A DNA stretch of 64,000 nucleotides. It comes from Octopus vulgaris. Lineage: Eukaryota. How positions within the stretch are numbered: position 1 is the first letter of the stretch; each line of letters begins with the position of its first letter. Made by a program: the position numbers and the translations under genes. Below are positions 53,332 through 64,000 of this stretch, in pieces. A model generated the notes under the pieces. It made no database searches. It had not been told where the DNA came from and saw only the letters and a program-made list of their open reading frames with translations. Location: assembly GCA_951406725.2 (NCBI GenBank), contig OX597836.1, forward strand, positions 1,922,001-1,986,000, in the 5' to 3' direction.

Positions 53332-55394
53332 TATATATACATACATACGTAAATATATGTATGTTTATATATATATATATATACACACATACACATATAC
53401 ATACATATGTTTTATCTCTTTTTAATAATTGTTTTTGTCGTTAGTGTGCGGCACGTTGGTGTTGGGGAACCGCCTTAAAGCAATTCTAGTCAGGTGAATC
53501 GACCCCATTACTCTCTACCTTTTGTTGAAGCCCGGTGTGCATTCTGTCGGTCTCAGGGGCCGAGTTGCTAAGTTACCTCAGTGTAAATATAGCAATACCG
53601 CTTGACAAAATGGGGGCGGGCAAACACAGACACACACACACGCACAGATACATGTTTTTTTGTGTGTATATGTGTGCGAGTGTATCTGTGCGGTCGGTAT
53701 GCGTGGGTGGGTACGTACACACACATTCACACGCACAAACACACACACACACGTACACACACACATACACTTATCTATATGGGATGAAAGAGAGACTGCA
53801 ATGTAAAACTTTTAGTGTACATCAAAATAGCAATCAGGAGCAGTGATGATGAAAATAATCCTTAAGGAATTAACCTGCTTGAGTAGACAGAAACGTGGAA
53901 TGACCATGACTGCAGTAATTATCTTTGAAGAGTAATTCTCCCTATAGAAACGTGTCTAAAGTTGCCCCACTGCGTACCGATTCAATATAAATTTTTCCAT
54001 GTACGTAATTTCGCGTGCATTTTTCACACGGCATAAAGCCCTACAGAAACACTCATCTCAGCCAACGTATTCCTATTTTAGCGGACGAGCAAACTAAATA
54101 AAAAGAAACGCAGCTACATTTTAATTATCGTTGCCTGGAGTCTCTTAAATTAATTATTTCCAACATGAAAGAATTTTTCAAAAACTTTTAAATCTATTAC
54201 ACACTCTTTTCTGTTATTGTAGGTTATGAAAGATAGATTTTTTGAAATCTTATTTAAAAAGGAAAAAAAAAAAGAGAAAAAAACACACCTGTACTACATT
54301 CAGCTGATGTATTTTATAGCTTAGCTTGTTGTGGTTTCACTTTTGATATAGGAAAATATCTCATGGGACACAGTTAATGCATCGAAAAACCTTCCCATGT
54401 TTCTATCTACAGTAATTGCTAATAAATTGTTTACATAAAAATGTTTATTAAATATATATTTTTTTTTGTCAAGTGCACATTATCTAACATTGGAGATAAT
54501 GCTCTGAGTAAATTGGACGGGCATCTTTCTCGCCCTGTGTGTGTGTGTATATATATAAGCATCATCACGAGCGCACGTATGTGTGTGTGTTTGTGTGCGT
54601 GCTTGTGTGTGTGCTTGTGCGTGTGTTTGTGTACGTTCATGTTTGTTTGGGTGTGTTTGTGCGTGTGTGTTTGTATGTGTGTGTGTGTGTGTGTGTTTAA
54701 TTCATCTCCACACTATAATGTAAACCATCTTTAATATAATAGAATACTTATCTAACCAAGTTTTATGTGTGTTCTTAATTATGTAACAAACATTATTCCA
54801 GCTATGAAACCTATATAGTCTTTGTTTCCAATTTCCATTGCTTGCATTCTCGGATTTTTATTCGCATTTTAGCAACTTTAATTTGCTCAAGCGCAATTTT
54901 TACTGTGACTGTTAGTTAATAGAAATGTTCGCTGATTTCAATAAGCGACGAAATGTTTAACCTGCTGTCCTCCATCGGCCAAAGATGCCACCCGCTGCCC
55001 TCCAACACCGCTCAATAACCAGTGTTGGTCGTTTACTTAGCGCTTCTGTGAAGGACATTTGTAGAATAGGTACCAGGCTTTAAGATATGTAATTGAGTTG
55101 ATTTGAATAATTAATCTCTTGAGGTTGGCGGTCCCAGCATCCCCGCAGTCAAATAACACAAAGAGGTTAAATTTAAAAACTACACACACGTATGTATCTG
55201 AAAATGTTCCACTATTCTGGGTAACTTAAATATTGGTCATCAACATTTTTGGAACAATCATACATATCCCTAAGCGCAGTATAAAAATCCCCAGTTTACT
55301 TGTGGGGGATCTAAGGAGAAGAATAGGATAATTTCTTATCATCTCAATCTCCAGACATAAGCCATTCAAATTATTGTATTGCATATACACACAG

Positions 55395-55790
55395 AAGCAC
55401 TAGAGTAGCTGTTTGGTAAGAAGCTTGCTTCCGAATCACCTCGCTCTAGGTTCAGTCCCTCTGCATGGCACATTGAGCAAGTGCTTTCTTTTATAGGCTT
55501 GGGACGACAGAAGCCTTGTGAGTGAATTTGCTAGACGGAAACTGAAAGAAGCCCATCGTATATGTGTATACCAGCGTGTGTCTTTATGTCTGTGTTTGTT
55601 CCCCACCACCGGTGATGTTGTGTTTAGTTTCCCCTAACTTAGTGATTCGGCAAAAGAAACTGATAGAATAAGTACGAAGCTTCAAAACAAATATTTAGTA
55701 CTGGGGTCGACACAGTCGACTAAAATTACGAAAGACAATCTTCCAACTTGGCTGCAGTTCAATGACTAAATCAAGCAAAAGAATAATGGA
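55395..55790 (+). mobile_element. Full-length SINE family B (diverged)
   Basis: gagtagctgtttggtaagaagcttgc...ggttcagtccc...gacggaaactgaaagaagccc...ggctgcagttcaatgact. Confidence 0.88.
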
Positions 55791-56314
55791 TGATAGACAA
55801 AATATACGCGTTTGAGTAAAGATCGTGGTTGACTAATTAAGTCAATGCCAGTTAATATCAAGTCTGTTTATATTATGTATTGATAACCTACATACAGTTA
55901 TTCCGAGTCAAATTTCTTGCGGCGGTTGTCTGTTATTTGTCTGTCTACGTAAGAGACAACTAAGGTCAGCTAAAGTGCTCGACTACATCAACCTACCGTT
56001 ATCTCTCCTATATAAGCAACAGGTCTTGAATCACGATGACACGTTATTCATAAGCTGAAAATAGTCCGGCAGTATCGCTTTTCAGTTGATTGATCGAATG
56101 ATATTCCGAGCAACCGATTAGTCAGCTATTTAATAAGTTAATCTTTTGACTGAGTGTCAAATGAAGTGAAATGGAAGATGTGTTTATTAAAGCCACAACA
56201 TTCCTTTGATTCTACGGCATTTGTTTCAACACTTCAAGCTTAAACGCCAATAGAAAAGCTAAATGCGTGTGTGTGTGGCGCGGAATTAAAACCCCGCTAA
56301 CGATATTAACTAAC

Positions 56315-56734
56315 AAGGCGGCGAGCTGGCGGAATCGTTAGCACGCCGGGCGAAATACGTAGCCGTATTTTGTCTGCCGTTACGTTCTGAGTTCAAATTC
56401 CGCTGAGGTCGACTTTGCCTTTCATCATTTCGAGTTCGATTAAATTAAGTACCAGTTACGCACTGGAATCGATGTAATCGACTTAATCCGTTTGTCTGTC
56501 CTTGTTTGTCCTCTCTGTGTTTAGCCCCTTGTGGGTAGAAAAAGAAATAGGTATTTCGTCTGCCGCTACGTTTTGAGTTCAAATTCCGCCGAGGTCGACT
56601 TTGCATTTCATCCTTTCGGGGTCGATTATAAAAGTACCCGTTACGCACTGGGATCGATATAATCGACTTAATCCGTTTGTCAGTCCTTGTTTGTCCTCTC
56701 TGTGTTTAGCCCCTTGTGGGTAGTAAAGAAATAT
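56315..56734 (+). mobile_element. SINE family A dimer (head + two bodies) inside one target-site duplication
   Basis: TSD atattaactaacaag at 56303-56317 and 56735-56749; second unit starts at gtatttcgtctgccg (56551). Confidence 0.93.
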
Positions 56735-57475
56735 ATATTAACTAACAAGATTGCATTCTGCATCAAAAGCCAATATGTGAGTTTCTACCGCCGTAGAGCT
56801 TCTCCTAACTGAATATCCTCAGTCAAGTGGGGCTAAATATTGCCTCTCAGTGTGTATTTATATATGTATTCTGGTTTCTACTACATTACATTCTCTGCAA
56901 TTGATTTCAATAGACTGCCTCAGATGATAGTAGAAAGAAAAAAAAAAACTTGACCAATGTATTTCACTTCTGGATCGAAGCGAGCGCCGCACGTAGTTGT
57001 AAAACGAATTTCTTATCGCAAGCTTGCTGTCTATATCGAAACGTACTTCACCTGATTAATATCCATTCTAATCACTAAATACACATTCGGCAGCATAACT
57101 GGCTTGTTATCTTGCAACTGGCATCTGAAATAAATTCAATCTGTCAGTAAATCTCTTATTTCACGCACACAAGTGTTTAATTTAGTAACCTTACATTATG
57201 AGTAGTTAGCTATTAATTAAACACGTCTCAGACACTCTACAGGTCGCCGAAAATCCTTAAAAGACTGAAAATTGACTTATTTGTTTTATCTTTAGCTTTT
57301 TTCTCAAAACACAAATTCTCCAAGTCATTCATCAATTATCGGTAAATAATATTTTCTTTGCCTCTCTCTTTTCTTCTCTCTCTGTCTCATTCTTTCTCTC
57401 TTTGTCTGTCTGTGTGTCCCTTCTCTCTCCGCCCGTATCTCTCTCCTCCTCTCTTTCTCTCTCTCTCTTTCTCTT

Positions 57476-57508
<33 letters not shown>

Positions 57509-57533
57509 GTATATATATATATACATACATACA

Positions 57534-57606
<73 letters not shown>

Positions 57607-58056
57607 ATATATATATATAAATATTTATATATATATGCATGCATGTATGTACGTATGTATGTATGTATGTATATATACCCGTTGGTGCTTCTGGAGTCAT
57701 TAATCATATTTCCTGAGATATTGCTAGTGAAATATTATATAGATGACATCGCAAACAAATTTGATATGTCACTAAATTAACTTCCTTTGCTCCAAAAAGT
57801 GTTGATTTCGAGTGTTAACATAGCAACATGCTATCTAATATTTAATTCAATGCTAACACAATGCTGTCAGCCAATAAATTTCAATTTATTTAAATAACAC
57901 AAATAATGAAGCACGCAAAACTTAATCAAAAAGAAATATGCGTTAGTGTTTAATTCTGGTTCAGGAAGTTAGGGGAAATAACTCTAGAACGAATTGATAT
58001 TAACGCCAGAATTTTGCAAATTTTTTTTACTATTTCCTTTTCTTTTCTCTTTTCAG

Positions 58057-58110
58057 AAATCGGAAAATTCTTCGAAAGTTCTTCATCTGTCCAAGCCGTT
58101 GTTTAGCATT
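58057..58110 (+). other. Candidate 54-nt exon
   Basis: ~35-nt pyrimidine tract + ttttcag| acceptor and |gtaagt donor; two frames open. Confidence 0.45.
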
Positions 58111-58559
58111 GTAAGTCAGCAATAGACATCTCATTTAACATTTTAGGAAATGATATTTGGATTAATGAGTTAAACCATTAAATGTAATTTTATCTACATA
58201 ATTACGCTAACCATCCTATTAATGGCATTCGCAAACGTATTCAATATAATTTAGTAAACTATATTATTGCACCTAAACGATTGTGGAATTCTTATGCCAA
58301 CTGAATAATATAAACACTAACGTTTGACATCTTGTGGAGATGTTGGATTTGTTTGATGAGTTTTAAAAATGCGTTCAAAATCGTTTTCCATTATAATGAC
58401 TTAACAAATACTACAGATTGTTAAGATTCACTGAGGGACACAGATGGCATTTTAGGCTTTAGGGATTAAATCAAAACCCAGTACATGGTTGGAACATTGT
58501 TTTATTAAGAATTCAAGTATTAATGGCAATGTCGAGCATAGCAGGTCTCGACCAAAGAA

Positions 58560-58760
58560 TATTAAAGTGTGCAGCTGAACATTGGTTTCAAATTTTGGCA
58601 CATGGGTAGTAATTTCGGGGTGGGGATAAATCATTTATATCGAACCCAGTGATCAACTGTTACTTATATTATCGATCCGGAAAGAATGAAAGCCAAGGAT
58701 TACCACGGCGTAATTTGAACGGATAATGTTAAGACGGACGAAATGCCAGCTCTCCCGCTT
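58560..58760 (-). mobile_element. Degenerate SINE family A
   Basis: cccagtgatcaactgttacttatattatcgatccggaaagaatgaaag...aatttgaac...gacggacgaaatgcc. Confidence 0.6.
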
Positions 58761-58924
58761 TGCAGCTAGCCATTGCAAAATATTTTGTTCCCTCCTTTAG
58801 CATTCAACATTAACAAATCACCGTCCTTAAAGTGGTAAAAAATACTTATTACCAATACACGCCGCTTTCTTTGCATAATACAGTATATTCTTTATATTTA
58901 ATATAAATCCAAGGTTTCATCGCT

Positions 58925-59240
58925 CTAAAGGAGGATACTCCTCCCTGAACTTCGTAATCCGTTCTTAGTCTCTGGTTAGTCGTGGCCATATACGTCCCAA
59001 GTAGCGGGCGAGGTCTTCTGGCCATCTTTGGTCGGACTCTTGGTATTGTCTATTACCACGGTGTCAATCCTGGCAACCAGATTGTCCATCAATTGTCCTT
59101 CATGCTATAGATGTGACCATCCCATAGGCGGCTTGTTTTCTTTGTTGGTTCTTATAATCTTGTTAACTCTCTTCTGCTGTCCAATCCAGTTTTCACATAA
59201 ATTCTTCTGATGTTTGTTCTACACTTTGAACTTCGCAGTA
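58925..59240 (-). mobile_element. Decayed RTE-clade LINE 3' fragment
   Basis: Minus-strand translation: WIGQQ..V..II, WDGHI..MKDN*WT, RWPEDLARYLGRIWPRLTRD, typical of the RTE C-terminus. Confidence 0.7.
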
Positions 59241-59994
59241 GCTGATTCTCCGTGAGAATCCACTAGGTGCAGTGGCAAATTGTATATATTCACATGACCA
59301 GAGATTGCGAGAGACAGACAGACAGACAGACAGAAAGAGAGAGAAACTATTTCGAGAGGGAGAGAAAAGGAGACATGAAAGAGAGACATATCAGGAGACA
59401 GACTAGAAGAAAGAGTAAGAGCAACCGAGAGGGGAGTGCGAGTAGCCATGGATGTTTGAACGACGAAATCATACTGAGTTGTGGAATATTCAACATGAAG
59501 CATCATGTACGGTACAACTTGAAAACACTTTTAGAGTTGTTAGTCGCACATGTGGCTGTTATCGAAAAGGTGACACGTAAGCTCACCTGACCATCAAACA
59601 CCTGACATGTGATCTGCATATAAAGCCATGTTGCTAATGCGTTTTAAGCAAACCTTTCATTGTTGTTCGTATGACATGACGTTTTGACAATCTTTTAGAC
59701 ATCTACTAAAAGAGATCCAGATTTAACAATGCTAGGTTAGTGTACGATGCAATTCCTTCAATATTTTGCTAAACGCCTACAATGAGAATTGTAGATTCAA
59801 TCAACGTTGCCTTTGTGTGAGATAAAATCCTTTGACTCTTTAAAATGTCTGTCATGTGATATCCGTATATATTAAACTTTGCTGTGTGAGATGCAATTTT
59901 CGAAACGTATTAGACATCTGTCACATAAAATATAGATATATCAACACTGGTTATGTAGGCGGCGTGGTTTTGATAATGATATGGCGTCCGCCGA

Positions 59995-60048
<54 letters not shown>

Positions 60049-60389
60049 TATCGATATATCATATTATCTTAATGTCAAAGATTTGGGCCAAACGTTTTGC
60101 AACAGAGCATTCCACCAAAAATACCTGTGTGTTTGTTGCTGCGAAACGGCGCTATAACTTATGATCAGTCACCGAAGAAAGTGTAAGGGTAACATGTACA
60201 CTGCGGAGAGGATCAGTCAAGGAGAAATTTTTTTTCTATCAAGCACAACAAAATTTTCTTATATGGGGAGATAATCATTTTTAGAATGCATCTGCTTCAT
60301 CGGAAGCCTGTATGTGTGTGTGTGTGCCTGCGTGCGTGTGTGTGTGTGTGTGTGCCTGTATGTACGTGTGTGTATCAAAATGTATACTC

Positions 60390-60486
60390 TCTATATATAA
60401 ACGGTAGTTTGTCTGTGCGTGTTTCGTGTGTCTGTTTTCTCGTACCCTCACCCTGACCACGCTTTCAACCGATTCTGATGAACTTG
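60390..60486 (+). mobile_element. Possible 5' end of a non-autonomous Helitron-like element
   Basis: tctatatataaa...gtttgtctgt...caaccgattctgatgaacttg resembles Helitron-type 5' termini; 3' end not identified. Confidence 0.45.
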
Positions 60487-60640
60487 TATTTTGAAAAGTT
60501 AACCCGTTCTGAAAAAAATCGATAAATTCGACATGGGTATATATATATATACCATAATTTTTTTTCCATTTTTTGCTATTTTTTGCTATATATAGTATAT
60601 ATATATATATATATATCTGTCTGTCTCTCTGTATATATAT

Positions 60641-61059
<419 letters not shown>

Positions 61060-61099
61060 TTACTACCTATATATACATATATAAATATATATATTATTT

Positions 61100-61180
61100 A
61101 ATTCTTTTTATTCTTTTACTTTTTTCAGACATTTGACTGCGGCCATGCTTGAGCAACGCCTTTAGTCGAGTAATTCGACC
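61100..61180 (-). mobile_element. SINE family B 3' end
   Basis: cagacatttgactgcggccatgcttgagcaacgcctttagtcgag. Confidence 0.8.
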
Positions 61181-61183
61181 TTT

Positions 61184-61654
61184 GTGATGGTATTTAGTAC
61201 TGTGGTAAGTGATGGAAGGGTCATGGATCTCCACTTCTTCGAGACTGGCTTGAAGTTCGCCATAAAGGAATATCTGGACATCCTGAAGTCCTCTCTGATA
61301 CTTTAGATAGAGTAGAAGTCTGGGCTTGAAAATGTGGTGCTTATACAGGATCCTACACCATGCCAGGTGTCAAAAACAACACACGGCATCCTTAGTAAGT
61401 AGGTGATAGTTTTTGTGTAAGCCATCATCTGGCGCAATAATATCCCAAGCCCCACTCTTCTTCATCACTTTTTATAGGGCGAACTTTAAGCATGAACCAT
61501 TGCTTCGCCAGACTCCAGCGTAAACAGTTTGAAAACCTGCATCGTACGAGCGACAAACAAAACGAAAAAGGGCGGAAGTTGCAGCAGCAGCAACAAATGT
61601 TTTGCTCTCGTGTGGGCGCTAAATGACCATTGGGGCGGCCATATTCACCGATAA
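61184..61654 (+). mobile_element. Decayed Tc1/mariner transposase fragment (DD37D/maT-like)
   Basis: VMVFSTVVSDGRVMDLHFFETGLK...EYLDIL...IQDPTPC...IWRNNIP...SVNSLKTCI...GGHI; 37-residue D2-D3 spacing; several stops. Confidence 0.82.
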
Positions 61655-61892
61655 ATGTTTTGTTGTAAGAAACGTTACATTTATCTACTGTCTACTATCA
61701 TTATTTTAGTATTTATAACCAGTTTTATGCATCAAGAAAATTGTATGAATTTATCTGCTATGTGTTTATATGAGAGAGACAATGATTTGAATAAACAATA
61801 TAATACATACATATATATATGTATATATGTATATACATATGTATATATGTATGTATATATACATATACATATATATATATACATATATATAT

Positions 61893-61923
<31 letters not shown>

Positions 61924-61928
61924 CATAT

Positions 61929-62030
<102 letters not shown>

Positions 62031-62293
62031 ATGTATACAGGGTACAGTCGATTTATTGTCGTCTAAATTACGCAGAAATGAAAATAACATTGGCATCTCA
62101 GAGATCAACTTGTGTTATTATATACCGAATACTCCCCGCTTCTACCTGTTTGTGTGTGTTTATGCGTTAACACCCACACAGGTCTGAGAGTATAATGTAC
62201 GCTTGTATGCACACACAAAAGAGGAAACATATGTTACGCATACGAATGTTTCTACAATCTTATAAATACACACACACACATACACACACACAC

Positions 62294-62369
<76 letters not shown>

Positions 62370-62428
62370 TTAATTGTATATATATGAAATAGTATATTGT
62401 TGCATAAATGTAAGGAAACATTATCTAT

Positions 62429-62488
<60 letters not shown>

Positions 62489-63452
62489 TCAGTATATGCA
62501 CAATGCACATTTGCTGCCTAGGAGTTTATTTTTAAAATTTAATTAACAAAACATATATGTCGTTTTTGAAAGTAAATTATCTGATAATTCTCACATACCT
62601 ATTGATTATATATAATACTAAGATGATCGCTTACCACGAGAATTTACAAATATTGGTAAATTTTGAAAATATATATTTAATAAATTGCCTAAAATTTGAC
62701 AGATCCTTTACGAGGAATTTACATTAAATGGCTAATTTCTTGACAGCAATAACGAATTTTTACACATACCTGCTGTGCCTCATGTAATATATATCAATAT
62801 ATAAAGATCAATATGATTATAATGAAAGTAACTGTTCCGAATTTTCTTTAATAATATAAGTAAACACATTTCTCAACAAACGAGTTTATTAAATTTTGTT
62901 GAAATTAAAGTAATAAATTCAGTTATATGTATTTGTATTCTAAATAGCTTAATAATCAAATTTCGATATGAAGCACAAGATTTAACGTATTCAAGAAGAT
63001 CAAATTCCTGTAAACAAGGGGAAAATGTACCACTGATTTCTGATATATACATGTTTTAGACACACACACACATATATATAAATATTGAATAGGCTCCTGT
63101 AAAGTAAAGACGTAGCATACACACACACACGCATATATACGTAGATAACATAGAAGATCTTACATTTACATACGTTAACGCTCACACAGGTGTGTGAACA
63201 TGATGTACGTTCGTATACACACACACACACGCACGCACACACGTACACACGTATATCAGAAATAAATAAATGTGAGCAGCAATTCGCTATACAAAGCTGT
63301 ACAGGAAAATATTAGTCGTCACAAATCGTGACTGTAGGTACTTAAATGAGAATTATTTCTAAAAGAAGACTTAAAACTTCCTATAGCGGCGTGACAAACA
63401 CATTTAAGTATACTGACACAATTGCTAACTGTCACTCTAGCAAAGGTAGAAC

Positions 63453-63500
63453 ATAGGATCGTGGTTTCGTCTCTTATTTGGGACTAGTCATCAGTGGGAC
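63453..63500 (-). ncRNA. Degenerate hammerhead-like motif
   Basis: CTGATGA-cta-gtccc/gagac-GAAAC-cacg-ATC; stem I does not form. Confidence 0.25.
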
Positions 63501-63807
63501 TACCTTCATGCGATGGAACAGCAAATTCCCTCCGTTAGTATAAATGTACAGTAATCCCACGTCATGTTAATGGAATTTATCTCAAACGCTTTTCCTATTC
63601 ATATTTGTGAACAGATTTTCTCTGCGACTTGCATTTTTAACGACAGTTCTTTGAAGCATTTTCGTAAAATAATTAATGTCCACGCATGCAGACACACGCG
63701 CACACACACGCACGCACACATACAAAGACACAGACAACTACATAAACACACATAAAGAAGCACATATGTATGTATGTTTATACATACAATAAATATCAAA
63801 TAAACGC

Positions 63808-63850
<43 letters not shown>

Positions 63851-64000
63851 ATATACACGCACACTCACACACACACAAACACACACACACATATATGTGA
63901 CATATGGTATAATTATTAACAGGACGAATTTTAGCCATTTCTCATCACAGGTCTCTACATCATTCTGACATTTTCGAGAGAAACAAGCCCCAAACAGTTT

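Noticed and set aside
53920-53962. ttgaaga...gaaacgtgtc as a hammerhead
   Set aside because: The 3-8 pair is non-Watson-Crick and neither stem I nor stem II forms.

Overview
AT-rich, repeat-saturated metazoan DNA with no recognisable host protein-coding gene. The SINE families and microsatellite load suggest a cephalopod (Octopus-like) intronic or intergenic region; this is inference. Nearly all ORFs in the track are microsatellite read-through. Supported features: one young 5'-truncated CR1-group LINE (30.8-32.0 kb); decayed R4/Dong-like and RTE LINE fragments; three Tc1/mariner relics (two DD37D/maT-like, one internally deleted rosa/DD41D-like); many tRNA-derived SINEs from at least three families; and two candidate small plus-strand exons. 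The most interesting signal is a set of short, non-coding, mutually unrelated inserts inside (TA)n tracts. Several share one architecture, (TA)n-tail-arm-inverted arm-(TA)n, and/or carry minimal type-I hammerhead ribozyme (HHR) motifs. Two unrelated motifs have a compensatory U3-A8 core, and two fold-backs place a hammerhead on both strands. This fits (TA)n-targeted Penelope-like/retrozyme-like mini-elements. Also notable: a SINE and the LINE share a covarying 3' stem-loop plus (GAGTAAAA)n tail, and one SINE family forms concatemers with a recurrent self-complementary junction. All calls are from manual reading; coordinates of decayed elements are approximate.
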